Of a stretch of 32,800 bases of DNA, positions 1-8,790 are shown piece by piece. The position numbers and the translations under genes are program-made. Location: UHGV virus genome UHGV-0201141; one strand, written 5' to 3'. How positions within the stretch are numbered: position 1 is the stretch's first letter; each line of letters starts with the position of its first letter. The stretch is from a virus. The notes under the pieces were generated by a model. The model was not told the DNA's origin, made no database searches, and worked only from the letters and a program-made list of their open reading frames with translations.

Positions 1-1
1 G

Positions 2-130
2 TGTGCTTTCGGAATGGCATCAGACATCAGTCCGATTAGCAGGGCTTTTAAGTATGCGCTTGATGAAATCACAAAGAAAAAATCCCCGGTGGCCGCCGGG
101 GACTCTAAGCAAATTGATATGCAATTCTGA
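2..130 (+). CDS. cII: cII-like transcriptional activator, 3' fragment (5' end outside window)
   Basis: The frame ending at TGA 128-130 translates to ...KKKSPVAAGDSKQIDMQF, resembling the C-terminus of lambda CII as I recall it; position immediately upstream of the replication genes fits. Confidence 0.45.
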   Translation, partial: CAFGMASDISPISRAFKYALDEITKKKSPVAAGDSKQIDMQF

Positions 131-162
131 GGGAATTACTGGATCAATCCACAGGAGTCATT

Positions 163-321
163 ATGACAAAACGTCGTAAGAAATACCAGGAAAAAGAAGA
201 GATTCGACACCCTGATTCACCTGAGGGATTAGTGGTAGCCGCAGCAAATAACAGGGCGTTCGCAGAGCGCCTTGTTGGTGTTTACAGACTAGCCAAAGCA
301 GGAGTGAAACATGGGCGTCGT
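163..321 (+). CDS. Hypothetical small basic protein (52 aa)
   Basis: ATG at 163 preceded by AGGAG (153-157); ORF below the 60-aa track cutoff; overlaps the first possible start of the O-like gene. Confidence 0.3.
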
Positions 322-1201
322 TAAGTTAGCTGATTACAGGCATAACCCTGTACAACATCAGGAGGCATCCAGTATGGGGTATGTCTCTATACACCGCCAG
401 TTTATGGACAGCAGGCTCTATAAGGACTCTCAGGCAGTACATCTTTGGCTTCACTTAATCCTCAAGGCTAATCACGAATCTACTGTCGTCAATACGGATA
501 TCGGGCCGATAACTGTTGATCGCGGTCAGATGATAACTGGACGCCCGTCGCTGGTCAGAGAAACATTCATCCCAGACAACAAAGTTCGGAGCTTATTACG
601 GACTTTTGAGTCGAAAGGGATGCTTAATATTTGCTCGATGGGGAAGAAATTTAGCCTGTTTACAATCGTTAAATATGACGATTTTCAGGCAAAAAATTGT
701 CCAACGGTTGTCCAACGGTTGTCCAACGCAAACACCAGTAATGGCGCGGCTCTCAGCGGAGATTGTCCAACGGTTGTCCAACGGTTGTCCATAAACAATA
801 ATATAAATAATATCTCTAATACTGACGTATTAGAGAGTACCGCAGCAGACAAAAAGTCTGACAAGAAAAAACCTTCCGTTAGCTGTCAGGATGTTGTCGA
901 TGCTTACCACGAAATCCTTCCTGAAGCGCCAAAAATCCGCGCACTGAATGACAAGCGTAAAAACCAGATCCGAACGTTCTGGCGCAAAGCCGGAGTGATA
1001 ACCCGCCAGCTTGACGGGCATGGGTTCACGATGCAGGACTGGAGAAATTATTTGAGCTACGTAGGCGAAAATTGCCGATGGATGTTCGAAGAGCGTCCAA
1101 ACCATCAACGCGGAACCGTCTGGCACAAAAAGGGATTTGATTTCCTGCTTAACGACAATACCTACCTGAAAGTTCGTGAGGGTGAACACGATGACCGATA
1201 A
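311..1201 (+). CDS. Replication initiator, lambda O-like/P22 gp18-like (origin embedded in gene)
   Basis: Immediately upstream of and overlapping the DnaB-type helicase gene; contains internal iteron array and AT-rich tract as in lambdoid O genes. Alternative start at ATG 374, preceded by AGGAGG at 359-364, may be the true start. Confidence 0.75.
   Translation: MGVVKLADYRHNPVQHQEASSMGYVSIHRQFMDSRLYKDSQAVHLWLHLILKANHESTVVNTDIGPITVDRGQMITGRPSLVRETFIPDNKVRSLLRTFESKGMLNICSMGKKFSLFTIVKYDDFQAKNCPTVVQRLSNANTSNGAALSGDCPTVVQRLSINNNINNISNTDVLESTAADKKSDKKKPSVSCQDVVDAYHEILPEAPKIRALNDKRKNQIRTFWRKAGVITRQLDGHGFTMQDWRNYLSYVGENCRWMFEERPNHQRGTVWHKKGFDFLLNDNTYLKVREGEHDDR
697..795. repeat. Iteron array (putative ori): two clusters of three tandem 11-bp repeats TTGTCCAACGG, followed by an AT-rich tract
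   Basis: Direct repeats at 697-707, 708-718, 719-729 (last ends GC), then after a 33-bp spacer 763-773, 774-784 and a partial copy from 785; AT-rich tract 791-835. Confidence 0.8.
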
Positions 1202-2627
1202 TTTTTATGCGCCGCCCCATAGCATCGAGGCAGAGCAGGCGGTGATTGGTGGATTGCTTCTGGATGATGACAGCAGTGAGCGCGTCCAGAAAGTTCTGGC
1301 GATGCTGAAGCCTGATTCATTTTACAGCCGACCACACAAAATCATTTTCGAAGAAATAACCAGAATGCACCGTGAGCAAAAGCCAGTAGATGGCCTGACG
1401 CTTTTCGATGAACTGGAGCGTAAATCGTTAACGGCGTCTGTTGGCGGTTTTGCTTATATCGCTGAGATCGCAAAGAACACGCCAAGCGCAGCAAACATCG
1501 TTGCTTATGCAATGCAGGTTCGCGAAACCGCAATGGAACGCTACGCCATCAACCGCATGACTGAAGCGACGGAATTGCTCTATTCCCGCAACGGAATGAC
1601 TGCAACGCAGAAGTACGAAGCTATTCAGGCGATTTTCACGCAACTGACAGACCATGCAAAAACCGGATCGCGTCGCGGCCTTCGCTCATTTGGTGAGGTC
1701 ATGGAAGACTGGGTTAGCGACCTTGAGAAGCGATTTGACCCATCAGGCGAACAACGGGGAATGAGCACAGGGATCCCATCGCTGGACAGGATGCTGTCAC
1801 CGAAAGGTCTGGTGAAAGGCTCTCTGTTTGTCATTGGCGCTCGCCCTAAGATGGGGAAAACGACGCTATACAGCCAGATGGCAATCAACTGCGCAGTGCA
1901 TGAGAAAAAGCCAGCTCTGATGTTCAGCCTTGAAATGCCCGGTGACCAGATACTGGAAAAACTGGTAGGACAGAAGTCAGGTGTTAACCCGAATATTTTT
2001 TACCTTCCGGCGACAAATGACGCTGATGACGGCTATCAGGGTGATTACGATGGTGACTTCAACAGGGCGATCGAAACAGCCAATCGCTTGAGTGAAATCG
2101 ACCTGCTTTACATCGACGACACGCCGGGATTATCTCTGGCTCAAATCGTCAGCGAAAGTCGTCGAATCAAGCGAGAAAAAGGATGTGTTGGCATGATTCT
2201 GGTCGATTACCTGACACTAATGACCGCTGAGAAGGCCGATCGCAACGACCTTGCTTACGGCATGATCACCAAAGGACTGAAGAACCTTGCCAAAGAGCTT
2301 GATTGCGTTGTTGTGCTTCTGACGCAGCTTAACCGCGCACTGGAAAGCCGAACCAATAAGCGCCCATTACCAAGTGACTCACGAGATACAGGGCAAATTG
2401 AACAGGATTGCGATTATTGGGTGGGGATCCATCGTGAAGGTGCTTTTGATGACAGTGTTCCACCTGGTGAAACCGAACTAATCCTTCGTCTCAATCGTCA
2501 TGGCAATACCGGCACGGTGTATTGCATTCAGGCAAATGGCGCTATTTATGACACAGACCAACAGTCTGCTGAAATGCGCCGACGTGAACGCGAGGAACCG
2601 CAGTCCAAGAAGAAAGGAGGATTCTGA
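1191..2627 (+). CDS. Replicative DNA helicase, DnaB family (P22 gp12-like)
   Basis: Walker A motif GARPKMGKT; DnaB-like N-terminal region; ATG at 1191 overlaps the O-like stop (track start at 1176 is a GTG). Confidence 0.9.
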   Translation: MTDNFYAPPHSIEAEQAVIGGLLLDDDSSERVQKVLAMLKPDSFYSRPHKIIFEEITRMHREQKPVDGLTLFDELERKSLTASVGGFAYIAEIAKNTPSAANIVAYAMQVRETAMERYAINRMTEATELLYSRNGMTATQKYEAIQAIFTQLTDHAKTGSRRGLRSFGEVMEDWVSDLEKRFDPSGEQRGMSTGIPSLDRMLSPKGLVKGSLFVIGARPKMGKTTLYSQMAINCAVHEKKPALMFSLEMPGDQILEKLVGQKSGVNPNIFYLPATNDADDGYQGDYDGDFNRAIETANRLSEIDLLYIDDTPGLSLAQIVSESRRIKREKGCVGMILVDYLTLMTAEKADRNDLAYGMITKGLKNLAKELDCVVVLLTQLNRALESRTNKRPLPSDSRDTGQIEQDCDYWVGIHREGAFDDSVPPGETELILRLNRHGNTGTVYCIQANGAIYDTDQQSAEMRRREREEPQSKKKGGF

Positions 2628-2657
2628 TGACCGTCTACATCACTGAGATAATAACAG

Positions 2658-2687
2658 GGGCTATTTACACAGTAGCCCTTTTTTATT
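2658..2687 (+). terminator. Intrinsic terminator after helicase gene
   Basis: Stem GGGCTA (2658-2663) / TAGCCC (2673-2678), 9-nt loop, followed by a T-run at 2679-2684. Confidence 0.6.
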
Positions 2688-2711
2688 GGATTAAGAACGA
2701 GGGGGATCCTG

Positions 2712-2915
2712 ATGGACACCGTTAACGGAATGTGTTCAGACGCACCGCGTGCCAAAAAATGTAAGTGCGGAAAATCACCGACAATATTCGACATGGAGAA
2801 CGGGTGCCAAATCTACTGCGCTAACCACGCTGTTGTGGCGGCCGCGAATTATCGCAGTGCGGTAACGGAGTGGAATAACCTGAAATCTGTTAGAGAGGGA
2901 AGTCATGAATCTTGA
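2712..2915 (+). CDS. Hypothetical small Cys-rich protein (nin region)
   Basis: 67-aa ORF with several Cys and His (CKCGK...C..YC.NH); G-rich RBS upstream. Confidence 0.5.
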   Translation: MDTVNGMCSDAPRAKKCKCGKSPTIFDMENGCQIYCANHAVVAAANYRSAVTEWNNLKSVREGSHES

Positions 2916-3087
2916 CGAGCAAGATGCACAAACTATTAGCTCATACATAAGGTCATCAAGACCAGATTACAAAGGTCCGGTATTCGTAGATTTATCTCGC
3001 CTTGAGGAGATTTACATGTGGGAAGCAAAGCTACGTACGCATCTTTTTATTCGCAAGATGACTAGCAGCATTACAAAACCAATGTAA
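2905..3087 (+). CDS. Hypothetical protein (nin region)
   Basis: 60-aa ORF with GAGGGA RBS; start overlaps upstream stop. Confidence 0.45.
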   Translation: MNLDEQDAQTISSYIRSSRPDYKGPVFVDLSRLEEIYMWEAKLRTHLFIRKMTSSITKPM

Positions 3088-3101
3088 CTGGAGAGGTGAA
3101 T

Positions 3102-3317
3102 ATGAGCACACTAGCAGACCTTATTCATGCCGATATGGTGGAAGATGGAGCAAGGCGTAATAGGTACTGGAAATCATCAAGCCTTCCAGTTTGTGAAAGA
3201 TTCAACCACAGGCCAAAACCAAAACGTAGCCGGCGAGACAAAGTGTTGAAAAAACTCATGCAAATTAACATGGCTGGTTTTGTCAGATTCGTGAGTGAAA
3301 CGACTAACGGGGATTGA
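3102..3317 (+). CDS. Hypothetical basic protein (nin region)
   Basis: ATG at 3102 preceded by GGAGAGG; track start at 3096 is a GTG. Confidence 0.45.
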   Translation: MSTLADLIHADMVEDGARRNRYWKSSSLPVCERFNHRPKPKRSRRDKVLKKLMQINMAGFVRFVSETTNGD

Positions 3318-3318
3318 T

Positions 3319-3588
3319 ATGGACGAATCAAGAAAGCAGTTTGAAGAATGGTTTGAAAATTACACCGGATGTGATCCTAAAAATAAAATATACGCCAATA
3401 TGGTTGAGATGTATTGGCAAGCGTGGCAGGCATCGCGAGCAGCTATTGAAATAACCGCGCCAAAGTTTATCGACAGCAGAGAAGCATTAGCCAAAGGGTT
3501 TACTGTTGATTATTCCAATGGCTTCGGTGATGCAATGGATGCTTATGAGGAAAACATCCGCGCTGCTGGAATCAAAGTGAAGGAGTGA
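3319..3588 (+). CDS. Hypothetical protein, paralog A (begins MDESRKQFEE)
   Basis: ATG at 3319; shares N-terminus and the motifs WQASRAAIE and IRAAGIK with the ORF at 4046-4402. Confidence 0.55.
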   Translation: MDESRKQFEEWFENYTGCDPKNKIYANMVEMYWQAWQASRAAIEITAPKFIDSREALAKGFTVDYSNGFGDAMDAYEENIRAAGIKVKE

Positions 3589-3590
3589 GC

Positions 3591-3776
3591 ATGAGTCGAC
3601 GAAGTAGCTTTTTGGGGTTTGTAATATTCCTGTCCTGCACTGGTTACATCGTAATCTGGTCAATTTCGAACATTGACCGTGGCGGGGAATATCTCATTGT
3701 AATGTTCTTTCCTTTGTTTCTTGGGTGGTACGCCGCAAGGTTGCTGGAAGAATGGGGTTACAGGCATAAAAAATAA
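3591..3776 (+). CDS. Small membrane protein (two predicted TM segments)
   Basis: ATG at 3591 with AGGAG at 3581-3585; hydrophobic stretches FLGFVIFLSCTGYIVIW and LIVMFFPLFLGWYAA. Confidence 0.5.
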   Translation: MSRRSSFLGFVIFLSCTGYIVIWSISNIDRGGEYLIVMFFPLFLGWYAARLLEEWGYRHKK

Positions 3777-3835
3777 AGGAGTGTTCAGTGAAGCAAACCC
3801 TTTTTTATTGGATTAAGAGCGAGTGGTAAGTACCG

Positions 3836-4018
3836 ATGGTAAATGCATTTATTTGTAGTTTATTTCTTGTCGCGATTTTTCATGGATTCCTTCTGATGAT
3901 GAGTTTTGTTCTCTGGAATAATGAATATCGCATATTGGGAGTAGGTTTTGTTTTACGGTTTTCAGTTGTCTGCGCGTTGCTACCGATAATTATGGCGACT
4001 ATCAAATATTATTGGTAA
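3836..4018 (+). CDS. Small membrane protein (two predicted TM segments)
   Basis: 60-aa strongly hydrophobic ORF in an AT-rich stretch; weak RBS. Confidence 0.4.
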   Translation: MVNAFICSLFLVAIFHGFLLMMSFVLWNNEYRILGVGFVLRFSVVCALLPIIMATIKYYW

Positions 4019-4045
4019 CCCAAAAAATCATCGATGGAGAGTGAT

Positions 4046-4402
4046 ATGGACGAATCAAGAAAGCAGTTTGAGGAATACGTTGCCAAAAAATTGAGATTAC
4101 CATTCGAGATGATAACCGAGGCAAGAAATGGTGATAGGTACTTCGCATTTTCAAGCATGGATATTCGTCACTCCTTAAATGAGTGGTGGACTTTATGGCA
4201 GGCATCGCGAGCAGCTATTGAACTGGATATCGACTGGCCAGAATCGAATGACGACTTTTGGAAAGATGGTGAAGAAGGTGCTTATGCGATGGGTTATGAG
4301 GATGGGCGTGACAAAACGGTAATTGCAGTAATGAAAGCTATCAGAGCCGCTGGAATTAAAGAGAAGAATTTCGATGAAGCAAACAATATTCCTCCGAACT
4401 AA
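4046..4402 (+). CDS. Hypothetical protein, paralog A' (begins MDESRKQFEE)
   Basis: ATG at 4046 with GGAGAG RBS; near-identical DNA to 3319-3345 at its 5' end and to 3425-3450 around WQASRAAIE. Confidence 0.55.
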   Translation: MDESRKQFEEYVAKKLRLPFEMITEARNGDRYFAFSSMDIRHSLNEWWTLWQASRAAIELDIDWPESNDDFWKDGEEGAYAMGYEDGRDKTVIAVMKAIRAAGIKEKNFDEANNIPPN

Positions 4403-4784
4403 GCAACAACAGCAAGCCGCAATCAACGCCATCCTCGCAACACCACTCGATAAAGACAAGCCAGTCACCATCCGCATTACTGACTACAAGCGCAACCTTG
4501 ACCAGAACGCAAAATTTCACGCGATGCTGGCGGATATCGCACGTCAGGTTCAATGGTGCGATAAGTGGTTAAAACCAGAACAATGGAAGGTTTTGTTGAT
4601 TAGCGGTCATGCAGTGGCAACAAAGCAGGAAGCTGATGTTTTGCCCGGCCTTGAAGGCGAATACGTCAACATTCGCGAAAGTAGCGCGCAGATGAGTGTG
4701 AAGCGTATGGCAAGTCTGATTGAGTACACGACAGCATGGGCTATTGGTCAGGGCGTCAGATTTACCGACAGGAGGTACGAATGA
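4374..4784 (+). CDS. ninB: NinB (recombination-associated, lambda/P22 NinB family)
   Basis: Motif [20 protein letters not shown]...WK resembles NinB; position in nin region. Confidence 0.75.
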   Translation: MKQTIFLRTKQQQQAAINAILATPLDKDKPVTIRITDYKRNLDQNAKFHAMLADIARQVQWCDKWLKPEQWKVLLISGHAVATKQEADVLPGLEGEYVNIRESSAQMSVKRMASLIEYTTAWAIGQGVRFTDRRYE

Positions 4785-4963
4785 GACGACAGCGACGAAG
4801 TATCACCGACATAATCTGTGAAAACTGCAAATACCTTCCAACGAAACGCTCCAGAAATAAACGCAAGCCAATCCCGAAAGAATCTGACGTAAAAACCTTC
4901 AATTACACGGCTCACCTGTGGGATATCCGGTGGCTTAGAGAACGTGCGAGGAAAACAAGGTGA
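4781..4963 (+). CDS. ninE: NinE
   Basis: 60-aa product [29 protein letters not shown]... matches my recollection of lambda NinE; AGGAGG RBS; the track ORF 4736-4963 is an N-terminal over-extension. Confidence 0.8.
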   Translation: MRRQRRSITDIICENCKYLPTKRSRNKRKPIPKESDVKTFNYTAHLWDIRWLRERARKTR

Positions 4964-5130
4964 TTGACCCAAATCGAAGTTACGAACAAGAAAGCGTCGA
5001 GCGGGCTTTAACGTGCGCTAACTGCGGTCAGAAGCTGCATGTGCTGGAAGTTCACGTGTGTGAGCACTGCTGTGCAGAACTGATGAGCGATCCGAATAGC
5101 TCAATGTACGAGGAAGAAGACGATGAGTGA
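4960..5130 (+). CDS. ninF: NinF (below track cutoff)
   Basis: GTG at 4960 overlapping NinE stop; product ...[54 protein letters not shown] resembles lambda NinF. Confidence 0.7.
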   Translation: MIDPNRSYEQESVERALTCANCGQKLHVLEVHVCEHCCAELMSDPNSSMYEEEDDE

Positions 5131-5335
5131 TTACCTGAAATGGTATCTCTGCCACCGCTGGTTAATTAAGTTTGCTGTAAAAGACTGGATGACAGCGGAT
5201 GCCAACAAGCTTAAGCAACGAAAGGACTATTACTACGCCAGAATGAAGGAAAACTACTGCTCAATTCGCACTCGCATATTTATTAAAAAAGACCTTCAGT
5301 CAATTCTTCAATTGCGAGGGAAGGTAAATGGCTAA
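5123..5335 (+). CDS. Hypothetical protein (nin region)
   Basis: 70-aa ORF coupled to neighbours by overlapping start and stop. Confidence 0.45.
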   Translation: MSDYLKWYLCHRWLIKFAVKDWMTADANKLKQRKDYYYARMKENYCSIRTRIFIKKDLQSILQLRGKVNG

Positions 5336-5618
5336 CCTACGCAAAGAAGCATGCGGCAGAGAATGCCAGGTACGTATTTACGGCGTATGCAATGGTAATC
5401 CTGAAACCACAGTTCTGGCACATTACCGGATGGCTGGAATTTGCGGAACTGGAATGAAGCCTGACGACCTGATCGGCGCATGGGCTTGTAGCGCGTGTCA
5501 CGATGAAATCGACCGACGCACCCATAATCTCGACAACAAAGACGCCAGGCTTTACCACCTCGAAGGCGTGATCAGGACGCAGTCGATACTGCTGAAGGAG
5601 GGGAAGATTAAGTCATGA
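5328..5618 (+). CDS. DUF1364-family protein (YbcO-like)
   Basis: 96-aa Cys/His-rich product (CGRECQ...C..CHDE); position immediately upstream of rusA as in DLP12-type nin regions. Confidence 0.65.
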   Translation: MANLRKEACGRECQVRIYGVCNGNPETTVLAHYRMAGICGTGMKPDDLIGAWACSACHDEIDRRTHNLDNKDARLYHLEGVIRTQSILLKEGKIKS

Positions 5619-5977
5619 GCGAATATCAGTTTGTGCTTCCATACCCGCCGTCGGTGAACACCTACTGGCGAAGACGGGGAAGCCAATACTACATCAGCGA
5701 TAAAGGCCAGAAATACCGAAAAGACGTTCAGCAAATCATCCGCCAACTTAAGTTAGACATTTTCACCAAATCACGACTCCGCATCAAAGTCATCGCAGAC
5801 GTTCCAGACTCCCGCCGCCGCGACCTCGACAACATCCTGAAAGGTTTACTCGACTCCCTTATCCACGCCGGATTTGCGGAAGACGACGAGCAATTCGATG
5901 ACATTCGCGTAATTCGTGGCGTGAAAGTACCAGGCGGAAGGCTTGGAATAAAAATCACCGAACTGGAGAACGCATGA
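5615..5977 (+). CDS. rusA: Holliday junction resolvase RusA
   Basis: 120-aa product with RusA-like motifs (LPYPPSVNTYW, RRRDLDN, GGRLGIKITE); ATGA start/stop overlap with flanking genes. Confidence 0.85.
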   Translation: MSEYQFVLPYPPSVNTYWRRRGSQYYISDKGQKYRKDVQQIIRQLKLDIFTKSRLRIKVIADVPDSRRRDLDNILKGLLDSLIHAGFAEDDEQFDDIRVIRGVKVPGGRLGIKITELENA

Positions 5978-6162
5978 ACGCCACAATTCAAACGATACCA
6001 GAGCTTCTTATCCAGACACGAGGCAATCAGACTGAAGTGGCAAGGATGCTTTCCTGCGCAAGAGGAACAGTGCTCAAGTACAACCGAGACAGCAAAGGCG
6101 AGCGTCATGTAATAGTTAACGGCGTCCTGATGGTCAAACAGGGCAAGAGGGGAAGACGATGA
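5974..6162 (+). CDS. ninH: NinH
   Basis: GNQTEVAR..C.RGTV.KY...G..H.IVN.VLMV pattern resembles lambda NinH. Confidence 0.75.
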   Translation: MNATIQTIPELLIQTRGNQTEVARMLSCARGTVLKYNRDSKGERHVIVNGVLMVKQGKRGRR

Positions 6163-6782
6163 GACTCGAAAGCGTAGCTAAATTTCATTCGCCAAAAAGC
6201 CCGATGATGAGCGACTCACCACGGGCCACGGCTTCTGACTCTCTTTCCGGTACTGATGTGATGGCTGCTATGGGGATGGCGCAATCACAAGCCGGATTCG
6301 GAATGGCTGCATTCTGCGGTAAGCATGAACTCAGCCAGAACGACAAACAAAAGGCTATCAACTATCTGATGCAATTTGCACACAAGGTATCGGGGAAATA
6401 CCGTGGTGTGGCAAAGCTCGAAGGAAATACTAAGGCAAAGGTACTGCAAGTGCTCGCAACATTCGCTTATGCGGATTATTGCCGTAGTGCCGCGACGCCG
6501 GGCGCAAGATGCAGAGATTGCCACGGTACAGGCCGTGCGGTTGATATAGCCAAAACAGAGCAGTGGGGGAGAGTTGTTGAGAAAGAGTGCGGAAGATGCA
6601 AAGGTGTCGGCTATTCAAGAATGCCAGCAAGCGCCGCATATCGCGCTGTAACGATGCTAATCCCAAACCTTACTCAACCCACCTGGTCACGCACTGTTAA
6701 GCCGCTGTATGACGCTCTGGTGGTGCAATGCCACAAAGAAGAGTCAATCGCAGACAACATTTTGAATGCGGTCACACGTTAG
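6159..6782 (+). CDS. Q: Late gene antiterminator Q (lambda-type)
   Basis: 207-aa product with zinc-finger CRDCHGTGR...CGRCKGVGY; matches lambda Q as I recall it; followed by a PR'-like promoter. Confidence 0.9.
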   Translation: MRLESVAKFHSPKSPMMSDSPRATASDSLSGTDVMAAMGMAQSQAGFGMAAFCGKHELSQNDKQKAINYLMQFAHKVSGKYRGVAKLEGNTKAKVLQVLATFAYADYCRSAATPGARCRDCHGTGRAVDIAKTEQWGRVVEKECGRCKGVGYSRMPASAAYRAVTMLIPNLTQPTWSRTVKPLYDALVVQCHKEESIADNILNAVTR

Positions 6783-6824
6783 CAGCATGATTGCCACGGA
6801 TGGCAACATATTAATGGCATGATA

Positions 6825-6853
6825 TTGACTTTTTGAATAAAGTTGGGTAAATT
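6825..6853 (+). promoter_or_regulatory. Late promoter PR' with overlapping qut-like site
   Basis: -35 TTGACT (6825-6830), 17-bp spacer, -10 TAAATT (6848-6853); same hexamers and spacing as lambda PR' as I recall it. Confidence 0.7.
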
Positions 6854-6888
6854 TGACCCAACGATGGATAAATGCACTCGTTAAATAA

Positions 6889-6918
6889 AGCCCTGAGTTA
6901 ATAGCTCGGGGCTTTTTG
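6889..6918 (+). terminator. Intrinsic terminator shortly downstream of PR' (tR'-equivalent)
   Basis: 9-bp stem AGCCCTGAG / CTCGGGGCT with one G-U pair, followed by TTTTT; about 30-55 nt downstream of the predicted start site. Confidence 0.6.
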
Positions 6919-7338
6919 CGTTACAATCACAAAAGGAAGAGCGTTAGGTGAATCGGCGATACTGCCCCACAAGCCCGTTAATCGATAGAGGTAGACTAGC
7001 GCTCTTCCTTTTGTGCTGAATTAATCGAATGCCGGAAGCAGAACCGGATCACCAAATGCGTACAGGCGTCATCGCCGCCCAGCAACAGCACAACCCAAAC
7101 TGAGCCGTAGCCACTGGCTATCCTGAATTCATCAGTGATAGTTATGCTGCGGCCTTCTACACATGACCTTCGTGAAAGCGGGTGGCAGGAGGTTGCGCTA
7201 ACAACCTCATGCCGTTTTGCCCGTGCATATCGGTCACGAACAAATCTGATTACTAAACACAGTAGCCTGGATTTGTTCTATCAGTAATCGATCTTATTCC
7301 TAATTAAATAGAGCAAATCCCCTTATTGGGGGTAAGAC

Positions 7339-7662
7339 ATGAAGATGCCAGAAAAACATGACCTGTTAGCCGCCATTCTCGCGGCAAAGGAACAAGGCAT
7401 CGGGGCAATCCTTGCGTTTGCAATGGCGTACCTTCGCGGCAGATATAATGGCGGTGCGTTTACAAAAACAGTAATCGACGCAACGATGTGCGCCATTATC
7501 GCCTGGTTCATTCGTGACCTTCTCGACTTCGCCGGACTAAGTAGCAATCTCGCTTATATAACGAGCGTGTTCATCGGCTACATCGGTACTGACTCGATAG
7601 GTTCGCTTATCAAACGCTTCGCTGCTAAAAAAGCCGGAGTAGAAGATGGTGGAAATCAATAG
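7339..7662 (+). CDS. S: Holin/antiholin S (class I, dual-start)
   Basis: 107-aa product beginning [20 protein letters not shown], essentially lambda S as I recall it; Met1-Lys2-Met3 dual start present. Confidence 0.95.
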   Translation: MKMPEKHDLLAAILAAKEQGIGAILAFAMAYLRGRYNGGAFTKTVIDATMCAIIAWFIRDLLDFAGLSSNLAYITSVFIGYIGTDSIGSLIKRFAAKKAGVEDGGNQ

Positions 7663-8122
7663 TCAACGTAAGGCGTTCCTCGATATGCTGGCGTGGTCGG
7701 AGGGAACTGATAACGGACGTCAGAAAACCAGAAATCATGGTTATGACGTCATTGTTGGCGGAGAGCTATTCACTGATTACTCCGATCACCCTCGCAAACT
7801 TGTCACGCTAAACCCAAAACTCAAATCAACAGCCGCAGGACGTTACCAGCTTCTTTCCCGTTGGTGGGATGCCTATCGTAAGCAGCTTGGCTTGAAAGAT
7901 TTCTCTCCGAAAAGCCAGGACGCAGTTGCACTGCAGCAGATTAAGGAGCGTGGCGCTTTACCGATGATTGACCACGGTGATATTCGTCAGGCAATCGACC
8001 GTTGCAGTAATATCTGGGCTTCACTTCCGGGGGCTGGTTATGGTCAGTTCGAGCATAAGGCTGACCGCCTGATTGCAAAATTCAAAGAAGCAGGCGGAAC
8101 GGTCAGAGAGATTGAGGCATGA
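7646..8122 (+). CDS. R: Endolysin R (lytic transglycosylase)
   Basis: 158-aa product closely matching lambda R; overlaps S stop. Confidence 0.95.
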   Translation: MVEINSQRKAFLDMLAWSEGTDNGRQKTRNHGYDVIVGGELFTDYSDHPRKLVTLNPKLKSTAAGRYQLLSRWWDAYRKQLGLKDFSPKSQDAVALQQIKERGALPMIDHGDIRQAIDRCSNIWASLPGAGYGQFEHKADRLIAKFKEAGGTVREIEA

Positions 8123-8586
8123 GCAGAGTCACCGCGATTATCTCCGCTCTGGTTATCTGCGTCATCGTCTGCCTGTCATGGGCTGTTAATCATTACCGTG
8201 ATAACGCCATCGCCTACAAAGAACAGCGCGATAAAAAAGTCAGTGAGCTGAAGCAGGCGACCGCCACCATTACTGACATGCAGCAGCGCCAGCGTGATGC
8301 TGATGCACTTGATGCTAAATACACGAAGGAGTTAGCTGATGCGAAAGCTGAAAATGATGCTCTTCGGCGGAAGCTTGATAATGGTGGCAGGGTGCTCGTC
8401 AAAGGAAAATGCCCTGTGCCATCCTCAGACGAAACCTCCAGCGCCTCCGGCATGGGCAATGATGCCACCGTCGAACTCTCTCCAGTTGCTGGACGAAACG
8501 TTCTCGGTATCCGGGACGGAATTATCCGCGACCAAACAGCACTGAGAACGCTTCAGGAATACATCAGGACGCAATGCCTTCGATGA
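8119..8586 (+). CDS. Rz: Spanin inner-membrane subunit Rz
   Basis: N-terminal TM segment, coiled-coil body; ATGA overlap with R. Confidence 0.9.
   Translation: MSRVTAIISALVICVIVCLSWAVNHYRDNAIAYKEQRDKKVSELKQATATITDMQQRQRDADALDAKYTKELADAKAENDALRRKLDNGGRVLVKGKCPVPSSDETSSASGMGNDATVELSPVAGRNVLGIRDGIIRDQTALRTLQEYIRTQCLR
8339..8545 (+). CDS. Rz1: Spanin outer-membrane lipoprotein Rz1 (embedded in Rz, +1 frame)
   Basis: ORF wholly inside Rz in another frame; lipobox-like MVAGC followed by a Pro-rich segment PPAPPAW. Start could be the Met at 8339 or an internal Met. Confidence 0.75.
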   Translation: MRKLKMMLFGGSLIMVAGCSSKENALCHPQTKPPAPPAWAMMPPSNSLQLLDETFSVSGTELSATKQH

Positions 8587-8760
8587 TAGCGATAATTTTA
8601 CTCATCATCCTTCACATCTGGCTCTGTAGACAGGGTGGTGATCGCTTCTGGAGTGAATCCAGATTAAACATCTCATTGCTGATGCTTGATATTGAGCATC
8701 TGGCGCGCAGTAAGGGGTTGCGTTGAGATAAGAGCCAGATCATTACAAATACCAGGATTT

Positions 8761-8790
8761 AGCCTCGCATTCGCGGGGCTTTTTTATATC
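8761..8790 (+). terminator. Intrinsic terminator downstream of lysis cassette
   Basis: 8-bp stem AGCCTCGC / GCGGGGCT (one G-U), 4-nt loop, followed by TTTTTT. Confidence 0.6.

Noticed and set aside
596-794. Two overlapping 61-62-aa ORFs (one per strand) over the iterons
   Set aside because: Both are created by the tandem repeats inside the O-like gene and are out of frame with it.
830-1189. 119-aa ORF antisense to the O-like gene
   Set aside because: Shadow ORF inside a well-supported gene; no RBS.
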